Assembly: GCA_963762145.1 (NCBI GenBank)
Contig: CAVXJS010000007.1
Coordinates: 96,001 to 160,000 of the forward strand
Reading direction: 5' to 3'
Length of the DNA: 64,000 bases
DNA from: an uncultured Candidatus Rokubacteria bacterium
GTDB taxonomy: Bacteria > Methylomirabilota > Methylomirabilia > Rokubacteriales > CSP1-6
A model generated the notes under the pieces. It worked only from the letters and a program-made list of their open reading frames with translations, ran no database searches and was not told the origin of the DNA. The first letter of the stretch is position 1, and every line of letters starts with the position of its first letter. This document shows, one piece after another, positions 38,265 through 47,601 of this stretch. A program made the position numbers and the translations under genes.

Positions 38265-38912
38265 CGCGTCGCCCACGCGCCACGCGAGGTAGAGCACGCC
38301 GGCCAAGAGCCCGGCGACCACCGCGAGCGTCGCGTACGTCGAGACCTGCGCGAACAGGGTGAGCGTGGTGCTCGAGAGGCCGACGAAGGCCAGGCCCACG
38401 ACCGGGATCACCGGCGCGCCGCAGCCCATGACGGTGCAGCCGCCGGTGGCCAGCCCGCACACGCTCCCCATGGCGCCGAGCATGCCGCCCGTCCCGCCCG
38501 CCCGCATCCGCGGGCCCGCCACCCCGGCGCCGGCGCGCCGGTGCGCCCAGAGCGCGAAGTAGGCGCCGATCAGCGCGGCCATGAGGATGAAGCGGGCGAG
38601 ATCGGCGGTGGTCACCGCGAAGCCCCAGTCGATGCCGAAGACGCCGTTGGCGGAGAACCAGAAGAGGGCCAGCTCCCAGGCCCGGCCCAGCCGCTCCCCG
38701 AGCGGGCCCTTGCCCGAGGCCAGGTAGCCCGGCAGGTTCCCGAGCCAGGGATTGACGGTGAAGTAGTCCACCGGAACGCGGGCCATCGACAGGACCGCGA
38801 CCGGCACAAGGACGTCCAGCACCAGGACCCCGGCGGCCACGCCGACGAAGAGGCCGGGCCGCGCGCGCAACGCCCGCCCGATTCCCGTCAGGATCCGCCT
38901 CGCCCCGCCCAT
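38187..38912 (-). CDS. Hypothetical membrane protein with CxxxxxxCxxxxC motif
   Basis: Several TM segments; VCGLATGGCTVMGCGAP; TATAAT upstream; C-terminus runs into the REP element. Confidence 0.72.
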   Translation of the reverse strand: MGGARRILTGIGRALRARPGLFVGVAAGVLVLDVLVPVAVLSMARVPVDYFTVNPWLGNLPGYLASGKGPLGERLGRAWELALFWFSANGVFGIDWGFAVTTADLARFILMAALIGAYFALWAHRRAGAGVAGPRMRAGGTGGMLGAMGSVCGLATGGCTVMGCGAPVIPVVGLAFVGLSSTTLTLFAQVSTYATLAVVAGLLAGVLYLAWRVGDAPPHPALSPSGGEGPISLSPLGRGPG

Positions 38913-39051
38913 GCCCGCCCCCGGGCCGATTATAGCCGCAGCGCGAGATCCTTGCGGTTGCCTCGGCGGCTGGGGCAGTATGGCGGCGGATGTTCCGTCC
39001 GCGCCCTGCCCGACTGTCCTTAACCGGCCTCTCCATGAGGAGGGAGCACAC

Positions 39052-40437
39052 ATGACGCAAGAGGTGAGCCGTCGAGATTTCCTGGCCCGTCTGGGCGTGA
39101 CCGTCGGCACCGCCGCCGCCGGGGCCGCCACCGCGGCCGGCGTGCCCCTGGCCGCCGTCCCGCTGATCTCGCAAGCGCACGCGCAGCCCAAGGGCAACGT
39201 TCCGGATACCCCGTACAAGATCGCCCACATGACGTTCTTCACGGGCGCGGGGGCGGTGCTGGGCGAGCCCTCCTTCAAGGGCCACACGCTCGCCGCCGAG
39301 GAGATCAACGCGCAGGGCGGCCTGCTCGGCAAGCGGAAGATCGAGACGCTCAAGGCCGACGAGAACGCGGGCACCGACGCCAACGTGAAGGAGATGCGAC
39401 GGCTCAAGCTGTCGGAGAAGGTGGACCTCTTCACCGGGGTCATCTCGAGCGGCAACACGCCCGCCCTCGGCCCGGTGGCCGAGGAGCTCAAGATGCTCAC
39501 GATCTTCGTGGACGGCTGCACCGACTTCCTGTTCGACAAGGCGGTGCCGAATCCGCACTACATCTTCCGCATCACCAACATCCAGTCGGCCGACGGCGTG
39601 ACGTGCGCGGTGGCGACCGCGATGACGTGGGGCAAGCAGATCAAGCGCATCGCCCACATCCATCCCGACTACTCCTACGGCCGCAATGCCTTCGACCACT
39701 TCAACATCGTGATGAAGAAGATGGTGCCGGGGTCGCAGGTGGTGTCGGAGGGCTGGCCCAAGCTCGGCACCACCGACTTCACCTCGCACATCACCAAGGC
39801 CATCTCGTCGAAGCCCGACCTCCTGGTGTCCTCGGTGTGGGGCGGCGACTACGTGGCGATGTACAAGCAGGCGCTCCGCTACGACATGTTCAAGAAGATG
39901 AAGTTCGCGTCCACCATCGCGTTCGGGGTGGCCCCGCACGCGATCGGCAAGGACCATCCCGAGGGCGCGATCGCGGGCGTGCACTCCAACTACTACTTCA
40001 ACTATCCGCCGAACGACCGCTGGCCGCTCAACACCCAGTTCGTGAAGAAGTACTTCGACCGCTGGAAGGAGTACCCGAACTTCCAGTCGGAGGGCGCCTA
40101 CTCCACGCTGTACATGCTCAAGACCGCGGTCGAGAAGGCCAACAAGCTGATGGGCGGCTGGCCGGACGACGACGCGATCATCAGCCAGCTCGAGGGCGCG
40201 ATGCACGCGGGACCCGCCGGCTACGTCTATATCCGGCCCGACACGCACCAGGGCTACAAGGACGCCATGACCGGCTTCAGCATGAACTCGCCCGACTATC
40301 CGTTCCAGATCCTGGATCCGAGCCGGATCATCACGATCCCGATCCGGAACATCACGGCGCCGCCCGGCTGGCCGAAGGGGGAGCCGACCTCCACCTACAC
40401 CTGGATCGACAAGACCTGGCCGCAGATGAAGGCCTAG
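39052..40437 (+). CDS. Liv/HAAT-family ABC substrate-binding protein, Tat-exported
   Basis: GAGGAGG RBS; SRRDFL; EEINAQGGLLG.R.IE, DYSYGR, DFTSHIT. Confidence 0.9.
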   Translation: MTQEVSRRDFLARLGVTVGTAAAGAATAAGVPLAAVPLISQAHAQPKGNVPDTPYKIAHMTFFTGAGAVLGEPSFKGHTLAAEEINAQGGLLGKRKIETLKADENAGTDANVKEMRRLKLSEKVDLFTGVISSGNTPALGPVAEELKMLTIFVDGCTDFLFDKAVPNPHYIFRITNIQSADGVTCAVATAMTWGKQIKRIAHIHPDYSYGRNAFDHFNIVMKKMVPGSQVVSEGWPKLGTTDFTSHITKAISSKPDLLVSSVWGGDYVAMYKQALRYDMFKKMKFASTIAFGVAPHAIGKDHPEGAIAGVHSNYYFNYPPNDRWPLNTQFVKKYFDRWKEYPNFQSEGAYSTLYMLKTAVEKANKLMGGWPDDDAIISQLEGAMHAGPAGYVYIRPDTHQGYKDAMTGFSMNSPDYPFQILDPSRIITIPIRNITAPPGWPKGEPTSTYTWIDKTWPQMKA

Positions 40438-40451
40438 GTCACACGGGTACT

Positions 40452-40537
40452 CCCCCTCACCCCGCCCTCTCCCCCTCACGGGGGAGAGGGAGTCGATGCC
40501 CCCTCTCCCCACCGGGGAGAGGGCCGGGGTGAGGGGG
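40452..40537. repeat. Double REP-like palindrome
   Basis: CCCCCTCACCCCGCCCTCTCCCCC...GGGGAGAGGGCCGGGGTGAGGGGG. Confidence 0.8.
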
Positions 40538-40542
40538 CTCGC

Positions 40543-42753
40543 ATGTTCATCCACCGTCTCACCTTCGCGGTCGTCCTGCTGCTCGCGCCCGGCGTCTCTC
40601 CCGCGCGCGCCGGGCACGAGCTGCCGTTCTATCCCGGCTACTACCCGCAGGAGATCCGCATCGAGGCGCTTGTCCCCGCCGCCGCGGTGCCGCCGCTCCG
40701 CAACGGCACGCTCCACGCGTACGTCGGCGGCGACCCCTTCGCGGGCGGCCGGCTCCCCGCCCATGTCACCGCGGTTGAGTCGCTCGGGGGCTACCTGGTG
40801 GCGCGCTTCAACCCGGCGCCGCCGGACGCCGAGGGCCGCTGCGCGGCCGCCGCGCGTGCCGGCCGGGGCCTGGGCGGCCCGCGCGCCGGCCGTGTCGCGC
40901 ACCCCTACGCGATCACGCCCTATCACGCCGACTACCTGCAGCACTGGGATCTCGCCCAGGCCGCGCGCAAGGCGGCCGAGACGGCGCCCGCGGGCCCGCC
41001 GCCCCGGCCGGTGGCCGTCGAGGAGGTCGACCTCCAGAGCCTGCTGGCCGCGCGCACCATCGGGGCGGGGGGAACCTTCGCGCCGCCCTGGCTCAAGGAC
41101 GGGTGGTTCCACGCCTACCTGCTCCAGGCGCCCGCCATCACGGACCCGGCCGCTCGCCAGATCGTCGAGGGGCTCTACCGGCGGCTCGTGACGCTCGCCT
41201 ACGACGGCGCGGCGGAGCGCGCGGAGCTCGAGCGCCGGCTCGTCCAGCAGCTCGCGGCCGGGTGCGAGCGCCCGGTGCTGGGCTACACGGTGCGGCGCGA
41301 GCCTTTCAACTCGGAGTTCTCGCAGGGCATCGAGAACATCGGCTGGGATTCCCAGCGGGGCTTCAACTCCGAGATCTTCGTGCGCACCGCCAAGCTCAAG
41401 GATTTTCCGTGGAACGGGTGGCTCAGGGTCGGCGTCGCCGGGCGCCCCACCGCGGCGTGGAACCCGGTCGCCGGCTTCACCGACGCGCCCGGCCGGCTCC
41501 TGTGGGCCGCCATCGGTGATCCGGGGCTGATCCCGGCGCCCTATGCGGCCGGCTTCGTGCCCCATCGCGCGGTGCCCGCCCAGGTGACGGTGGCGGGCCC
41601 ACCGGGGATCGAGATCCCCGAGGACGCGCTGCTGCCGGAGCCCGGCACCGGGGCGCTGCTACCGGTGGGGAAGGGGAAGACCGCGAAGGCCCGCGTGACC
41701 TACCGGCTCTGGGGCTCGGCGGCTCACGACAACACGCGCGTCTCGGCGGCCGACGCGCTCTATCCCTACGTCTTCGCCGCGCGCTGGAGCGCCCGCCGCG
41801 CGCCCGGCCACGTCGAGCACGATCCGGCGATCGAGGCCGCCACCGAGACCGCGCGTCAGGCCCTGGTCGGAGTGCGGGTGGTGAAGGTGGACAGCGAGGT
41901 GCGCCGCTACAGCGACATCACCTTCACCTACGTGGTGCCGGTGGTCGAGGTCTACCTCAACGCGGCCGGCGGCGACGCCGAGCTGGCCGCGCTGGCGCCG
42001 CCGTGGAGCGCCACGCCCTGGCACGTGATGGTGCTGATGGAGGAAGCGGTCAAGCGGGGGGTCGGCGCCTTCTCGGCCGCGGAGGCCCGCCGCCGCGGGG
42101 TGCGCTGGCTGGATCTCGCCCGCGACCCGAAGACGCGCGAGGAGCTCGGCGCGATCCTGGGCGGCCTCGCGAAGGAGAACCACGTGCCGGAGCCGCTCAG
42201 GCGGCTGGTGGCGGCCGACGAGGCGCAGACGCGCTGGGCCGCGCTGCGCGGGTTCGCGCAGCGCCGGGGGCACTACCTCGTGACGAACGGGCCCTACCAG
42301 CTCGAGAAGTGGACGGACGGGGCGGTCGTGCTCGGCGTGTTCCGGGACATGAACAACCCGCTCGGGGTCGGGAGCTACGATCGCTTCGCCATCCCGCGGC
42401 GTGCCTACGTCGCGCGCATCACCGCGCGCGGCGATCGGCTCGAGGTCGCGGCGGAGATCGAGCGGCTGGAGAAGTTCCTGCGGGAATACCGTCTGGTCCG
42501 CGAGCCGCTGGGCTCCCGCGGCGAGGAGGAGCGGCCCGATCTGCCCGCCTGCCGGTATGTGATCCTGGGCGCCGACGGCACGGTGGCCGCGGCCGGGGTG
42601 TCCCGCGACGTGCAGGCTCATCGCCTGATCGTGGACCTCAGAGGCCGGCTCAAGCCGGGCGCCTACACCGCCCTGGTGGCCCTGACCCTGGGCGACAACC
42701 TCGTCGGCCCGGAGGTGGCGACCGCGCAGTTCCGGGTTGATGCGGCGCCATGA
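40543..42753 (+). CDS. Large secreted protein, circularly permuted family-5 SBP-like
   Basis: Signal peptide; HDNTRVSAAD and TNGPYQLEKW motifs lie in the C-terminal half. Confidence 0.7.
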   Translation: MFIHRLTFAVVLLLAPGVSPARAGHELPFYPGYYPQEIRIEALVPAAAVPPLRNGTLHAYVGGDPFAGGRLPAHVTAVESLGGYLVARFNPAPPDAEGRCAAAARAGRGLGGPRAGRVAHPYAITPYHADYLQHWDLAQAARKAAETAPAGPPPRPVAVEEVDLQSLLAARTIGAGGTFAPPWLKDGWFHAYLLQAPAITDPAARQIVEGLYRRLVTLAYDGAAERAELERRLVQQLAAGCERPVLGYTVRREPFNSEFSQGIENIGWDSQRGFNSEIFVRTAKLKDFPWNGWLRVGVAGRPTAAWNPVAGFTDAPGRLLWAAIGDPGLIPAPYAAGFVPHRAVPAQVTVAGPPGIEIPEDALLPEPGTGALLPVGKGKTAKARVTYRLWGSAAHDNTRVSAADALYPYVFAARWSARRAPGHVEHDPAIEAATETARQALVGVRVVKVDSEVRRYSDITFTYVVPVVEVYLNAAGGDAELAALAPPWSATPWHVMVLMEEAVKRGVGAFSAAEARRRGVRWLDLARDPKTREELGAILGGLAKENHVPEPLRRLVAADEAQTRWAALRGFAQRRGHYLVTNGPYQLEKWTDGAVVLGVFRDMNNPLGVGSYDRFAIPRRAYVARITARGDRLEVAAEIERLEKFLREYRLVREPLGSRGEEERPDLPACRYVILGADGTVAAAGVSRDVQAHRLIVDLRGRLKPGAYTALVALTLGDNLVGPEVATAQFRVDAAP

Positions 42754-42776
42754 ACTAGGGCATCTTATCGGGGCTC

Positions 42777-43658
42777 ATGGACACCCTGGTGGTCCACGTC
42801 CTCAACGCCCTCCTCTACGCGTCGGTGATGTTCCTGATCGCGGGCGGGCTCAGCCTGATCTACGGGGTCATGCGCATCGTCAACCTCGCGCACGGCAACC
42901 TCTACGCCTTCGGTGCCTACGTGACCGCGTGGGCAGTGGGGCGCGCGCTCGGCGGCGCCACCGAGGCGAGCATCTGGATGTACGCGCTCCTGCCGATCGG
43001 AGCGCTGGCCGCCGCCGCGCTCGGCGCGGTGCTCGAGCCGACGCTCCTGCGGCCGCTCTATCGTCGCGCCGAGGAGTATCAGCTCCTCATCACCTTCGGG
43101 CTGCTCCTGATCCTGGAAGACCTCATGCGCCTCATCTGGGGTCCGTATCCGCTGCAGGCGAGCGCGCTCTACGAAGGCCTCGGCAGCCTCACCTTCGGCG
43201 AGTCCATCTACCCGACCTACAACCTGGTGGTCATCGTCATCGGCGCCGCCGCCGCCGCCGGGCTCTGGGCCTTCGTCTACCGTACCCAGTTCGGGGTGGT
43301 GCTGCGGGCGACGTCCCAGAACATGCGCATGGCCTCCGCCCTCGGGGTCAACGTCAACCGCGTCTACGTGCAGGCCTTCACGCTCGGCTGCTTCATGGCG
43401 GGCCTCGGCGGCTCGGTGATCGTGCCCCAGCAGGGCGCGGTGCTCGGCATGGGGGTGGACGCCCTGATCCTCGCCTTCGTGGTGGTGGTGATCGGCGGAC
43501 TCGGCAGCCTCGAGGGCGCGCTGATCGGCGCGCTCATGGTGGGCTTCGTGCGCGAGGCCGGCATCACATTCTTCCCGGAGATCGAGCTGGCCGTGCTCTA
43601 CCTGATGGCGGCCGCGGTGCTCATGATCCGTCCCGCGGGCATCCTGGGCCGCGCATGA
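42777..43658 (+). CDS. Branched-chain amino acid ABC permease (LivH-like)
   Basis: GLSLIYGVMRIVNLAHG, VVVIGGLGSL.GA. Confidence 0.92.
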   Translation: MDTLVVHVLNALLYASVMFLIAGGLSLIYGVMRIVNLAHGNLYAFGAYVTAWAVGRALGGATEASIWMYALLPIGALAAAALGAVLEPTLLRPLYRRAEEYQLLITFGLLLILEDLMRLIWGPYPLQASALYEGLGSLTFGESIYPTYNLVVIVIGAAAAAGLWAFVYRTQFGVVLRATSQNMRMASALGVNVNRVYVQAFTLGCFMAGLGGSVIVPQQGAVLGMGVDALILAFVVVVIGGLGSLEGALIGALMVGFVREAGITFFPEIELAVLYLMAAAVLMIRPAGILGRA

Positions 43659-43668
43659 ACCCGGGGAC

Positions 43669-44652
43669 ATGATGGCGATGACGGGTCCGCCGCGGCGCGT
43701 GCTCGCCTGGTCGGCGCCCGTCCTGCTCGCCCTGATCGTCCTGCCCTACGTGGTCCCGCCGTATCAGACCGTGCTGCTCACGTACGGCCTGGTCTTCGCG
43801 ATCGCCGCGCTCGGCTTCAACCTGCTGCTGGGCTACACCGGCCTGCTGTCCTTCGGCCACTCCGCCTACTTCGGCATGGGCGCCTACGCGGTGGCCTTCA
43901 TCGTGAAGTACCTCAAGCTCGAGTCGATGGAGGCCTTTCTCCTGGGCGGCATCCTCGCTTCGGGGGCGGTGGCCGCCCTCTTCGGGCTGCTCTGCGTGCG
44001 CTACACCAAGATCTTCTTCGGCATCCTGACGATGGCGCTGTCCCAGGTCCTGTGGAGCCTCGCGTTCAAGTTCTTCTGGGTGACCGGCGGCAGCGACGGG
44101 CTCCGGGTGCCCACGCCCACCCTGCTCGGCGGGCTCGTGCGGGCGGGCGGCGACAAGTTCGAGTTCCTCTCCCACCGCTACTACTTCTACGTCCTCGCGG
44201 TCTTCGTGATCTGCGTGGCCGTGATGTGGGTCATCGTGCACTCGCCCTTCGGGAAGGCGCTCCAGGCGATCCGCGACAACGAGACGCGCGCCGAGTTCGT
44301 GGGGGTGCAGGTCTGGCACTATCGCTGGGTCGCCTTCCTGATCTCCGGGATCTTCACCGGACTGGCCGGCGCGCTGTGGGTGCCGCTCAACGGGCTCACC
44401 ACTCCCGACATCCTGCACTGGACCTTCTCGGGCAAGATGGTCTTCTTCACGGTGCTGGGCGGCTTCCAGACCTTCTTCGGGCCGATCATCGGCGCGATCA
44501 TCTTCAACTACCTCGAGACGTACGCGGTGGGTCACACCGTGTACTGGCAGATGGTCCTGGGCATCGTGCTGGTGGTGCTGGTGCTGGCCCTGCCCGCGGG
44601 GATCGTGGGGACGGTGCGGCGCCTCGCGGTGCGCCCGGCCAAGGCGGTCTGA
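43669..44652 (+). CDS. Branched-chain amino acid ABC permease (LivM-like)
   Basis: GYTGLLSFGHSAYFG, TGGSDG, SPFGKALQAIRDNE. Confidence 0.92.
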   Translation: MMAMTGPPRRVLAWSAPVLLALIVLPYVVPPYQTVLLTYGLVFAIAALGFNLLLGYTGLLSFGHSAYFGMGAYAVAFIVKYLKLESMEAFLLGGILASGAVAALFGLLCVRYTKIFFGILTMALSQVLWSLAFKFFWVTGGSDGLRVPTPTLLGGLVRAGGDKFEFLSHRYYFYVLAVFVICVAVMWVIVHSPFGKALQAIRDNETRAEFVGVQVWHYRWVAFLISGIFTGLAGALWVPLNGLTTPDILHWTFSGKMVFFTVLGGFQTFFGPIIGAIIFNYLETYAVGHTVYWQMVLGIVLVVLVLALPAGIVGTVRRLAVRPAKAV

Positions 44653-44654
44653 GC

Positions 44655-45407
44655 GTGGACATCCTCAAGACCACCCAGCTCAGCAAGTCCTTCGGCGAGA
44701 CCCACGCGGTGGATCACGTGGACTTCGCGGTGACCGCCGGAGAGGTGCTCGCCCTCATCGGCTCGAACGGCGCGGGGAAGACGACGCTGATCAACCTGAT
44801 CAGCGGCCTCATCCCGCCCGATTCCGGGCGCATCGAGTTCCAGGGCGCCGACATCACGCGGGCCTCGGTCCACCGGAAGATCGAGCTGGGCATCGCGCGC
44901 AGCTTCCAGCTCGTCAACCTCTTCGACCAGCTCAGCGTGCACGACAACGTGACCCTGGCGATCTTCTCCCGCGAGGGCCGCACGCGGCGCCTGTTCCGGC
45001 TCGCCGCCGCCGACACCGCGGTGCGCGACGAGGCGGTGGCGGTGCTCAAGCAGTTCGGCCTCGACGCGCGCACCGGCTCGCCCGCGGGCGGCCTGTCCCA
45101 GGGAGAGCGCAAGCTGCTCGACGTCGCGGTCGCCTACGCGCTCCGGCCCAAGCTCCTCTTCCTGGACGAGCCGACCAGCGGGGTCAGCACGCGCGAGAAG
45201 GCCCCGATCATGGACATCATCACCGCGGTGGTCCGGTCGGGGGGCATCACCGCGGTCATCGTCGAGCACGACATGGACGTGGTGTTCACCTACTGTCCGC
45301 GGATCGTCGCCATGCACCAGGGCGCCATCCTGGCCGACGGTACCCCGGACCAGATCCGCAACCACCCGCAAGTGACCGCCAACCTGCTCGGCGCCCAGAC
45401 CGCCTGA
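44655..45407 (+). CDS. ABC ATP-binding protein (LivG-like)
   Basis: GSNGAGKT Walker A, ARSFQ, LFLDEP, VEHDM. Confidence 0.92.
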   Translation: MDILKTTQLSKSFGETHAVDHVDFAVTAGEVLALIGSNGAGKTTLINLISGLIPPDSGRIEFQGADITRASVHRKIELGIARSFQLVNLFDQLSVHDNVTLAIFSREGRTRRLFRLAAADTAVRDEAVAVLKQFGLDARTGSPAGGLSQGERKLLDVAVAYALRPKLLFLDEPTSGVSTREKAPIMDIITAVVRSGGITAVIVEHDMDVVFTYCPRIVAMHQGAILADGTPDQIRNHPQVTANLLGAQTA

Positions 45408-45410
45408 GCC

Positions 45411-46130
45411 ATGCTCCAGATCGAGGGGCTGAACGTCTTCCGCGGGTCCGCCCAGGTGCTGCGGAACCTCGCGCTCACCGTCGGGGACCGCGAATCGGTG
45501 TGTCTGGTGGGGCGCAACGGCGCGGGCAAGACGACCACCATCGACGGCATCATGGGGTTGCTGCCGGTGCGCAGCGGCCGGGTCGTCCTCGGGGGACGCG
45601 ATATCACGAAGCTGCCCACGCATCGGCGGGCGCTCGCGGGCATCGGCTACTCGCCGGAGGACGCGGGGATCTTCCCCGACCTGACGGTCGCCGAGAACTT
45701 CCAAATCAGCCAGTCGCTGGCCCGGTCGGCCGGGAAGGGGGGCGCGGTGGTCGCGAGCAGCGGGATCGACCAGCGCGTGCTGAGCCTCTTTCCGGAGATC
45801 GGTGACTTCACGGGCCGGCGGGGGCTCTTCCTCTCGGGGGGCCAGAAGAAGATGGTGGCGATCGGCCGGGCCATGACCCTCTCGCCGTCCATCCTGCTGC
45901 TGGACGAGCCGTTCGAGGGGCTCGCCCCGGTGGTGGTGAGCCGATTCATCGACGCGGTCAAGCAAATCAAGGCTTTGGGCATCTCCCTGCTGATCGCGGA
46001 GTCCAATCTGATGACTGCCTCCCGGGTGGCCGATCGGTTGTATGCTATCGACCGCGGGGAGATCATCTTCGAAGGAGAGCCGAGGCGTGCGTTCGAGGCC
46101 CCCGACGTCATGAAGACACTGCGCGGGTGA
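45411..46130 (+). CDS. ABC ATP-binding protein (LivF-like)
   Basis: GRNGAGKT, LSGGQKKM, LLLDEP.EGLAP. Confidence 0.92.
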   Translation: MLQIEGLNVFRGSAQVLRNLALTVGDRESVCLVGRNGAGKTTTIDGIMGLLPVRSGRVVLGGRDITKLPTHRRALAGIGYSPEDAGIFPDLTVAENFQISQSLARSAGKGGAVVASSGIDQRVLSLFPEIGDFTGRRGLFLSGGQKKMVAIGRAMTLSPSILLLDEPFEGLAPVVVSRFIDAVKQIKALGISLLIAESNLMTASRVADRLYAIDRGEIIFEGEPRRAFEAPDVMKTLRG

Positions 46131-46477
46131 TGCTGGCCTTCCTGACTCCCACCCCGACTCCGGGCCGGGCCGCCGCGATCCTGCGGCGCGTCTTCGGCAG
46201 CCTCCCCGCCTCGTTCGCCTTCCGCCTCTGGGACGGCCAGGAGGTGCGGTTCGGCTCGGATCGGCCCGAGTGCATCGCGGTCATCAAGAGCCCGGAAACG
46301 TTCATCTCGCTGATCCGCGACCCGTCGCCGTACAATTTCGCCGAGGCCTACGTGCAGAGCCGGATCGACCTGGAAGGCGACATGTTCCGGGCGATGGAAG
46401 TGGCCAACGTGGTCGAGGACCTGAGGGTGACGCCGCTCCAGAAGCTGTCGATCCTGCTGTCACTGTGGAGGCGGTGA
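46130..46477 (+). CDS. Stand-alone protein resembling the N-terminal domain of cyclopropane fatty-acid synthases
   Basis: AFRLWDG, ..PSPYNFAEAYV...IDLEGDM pattern typical of Cfa N-termini. Confidence 0.65.
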   Translation: MLAFLTPTPTPGRAAAILRRVFGSLPASFAFRLWDGQEVRFGSDRPECIAVIKSPETFISLIRDPSPYNFAEAYVQSRIDLEGDMFRAMEVANVVEDLRVTPLQKLSILLSLWRR

Positions 46478-47601
46478 TGGGCTACGACGCGATCGTGGTC
46501 GGGGGCGGGCCGGGCGGCAGCACCGCGGCCTGGCGGCTGGCGCTGGCGGGGCTGCGCCCGCTCGTCCTGGACGCGGCGGTTTTCCCACGGGTGAAGATCT
46601 GCGCGGGGTGGGTGACGCCCGAAGCGCTCGTCGATCTCGAGGTGGACCCCGACAAGTATCCCCGGACCATCCAGCCGTTCGACCAGTGCGTGCTGGAGTT
46701 CGCGGGCGCCCGCCACGAGACGGACTGGCGGCGGCCCACCAGCTACGGCATCATCCGTCGCGAGTTCGATCACTACCTGCTCGAGCGGGCGGCGGCCGCG
46801 GGCGCGGACGTGCGCTGGGGCGTCCGCGTCACCGACGTGGTCGAGCAGGGCGACCGGGTGCGCGTCGAGACCGAGCGGGGCGCCTTCGAGGCGCCGGTGG
46901 TGATCGGCGCGGGCGGTCACCGGTGCCCGGTCGCCCGCGTCCTCGGGCAGGTCTCCGGGCGCGAGGAGGTCGTGGTGGCGCAGGAGAGCGAGACGCGGCT
47001 GCCCCCCGAGTGGGTCGCGCGACTCGAGCCGTTCATGCACGCGCCCGAGCTCTACGTCGAGCCCGACCTGCGCGGCTACGGCTGGTACTTCCCCAAGCGC
47101 GACTTCATCAACATCGGCGTGGGCTGCACCCAGGGCGGCGACGGCAGCCTGCCCCGCCGGCGCGACGCCCTGCTGGCGTCTCTTCGCGCCTCCGGGCGGC
47201 TGCCGGACGGAGTGCCGCTCGAGCCGTTCAAGGGGCACGCGTACGTGGTGCGGCGCCAGGCGCCTCGCCGCCTGTCCGGCGCGCGCTTCTGTCTCATCGG
47301 CGACGCGGCCGGCCTCGCCCGTGATCTGTCGGGCGAGGGGATCGGGCCCGCCATCCGGAGCGGACGGCTGGCCGCGGAGGCGGTGACCGCGCTGGTCCGC
47401 CAGGGCACGCCGCTCGACGGCTACGCGCGCCAGATCGTGGCGCGCTACGGCCCCGGAGAGGTTGGCTGGCTCCGGCGAAAGCTCGCGAATCTTCCCGACG
47501 CGCTGGCTCGGGTCGGAGTCCGGGTGGTCCTGGGCTCCGAGGCGGCCCGTCGGCGGATCGTGTTCGATTCCATCTTCGGCATGCGAGAGGTGGCGCCATG
47601 A
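46477..47601 (+). CDS. Geranylgeranyl reductase-family FAD-dependent oxidoreductase
   Basis: VGGGPGGS, FPRVKICAG, RREFD..L, GYGWYFPK, GDAAG.....SGEGI. Confidence 0.85.
   Translation: MGYDAIVVGGGPGGSTAAWRLALAGLRPLVLDAAVFPRVKICAGWVTPEALVDLEVDPDKYPRTIQPFDQCVLEFAGARHETDWRRPTSYGIIRREFDHYLLERAAAAGADVRWGVRVTDVVEQGDRVRVETERGAFEAPVVIGAGGHRCPVARVLGQVSGREEVVVAQESETRLPPEWVARLEPFMHAPELYVEPDLRGYGWYFPKRDFINIGVGCTQGGDGSLPRRRDALLASLRASGRLPDGVPLEPFKGHAYVVRRQAPRRLSGARFCLIGDAAGLARDLSGEGIGPAIRSGRLAAEAVTALVRQGTPLDGYARQIVARYGPGEVGWLRRKLANLPDALARVGVRVVLGSEAARRRIVFDSIFGMREVAP

Noticed and set aside
37929-38362. ORFs encoding 23-aa repeats (EPKARRANTRNQSGLPYRQAEIG)
   Set aside because: These are translations of the DNA repeat with no RBS, and similar ORFs appear in several frames
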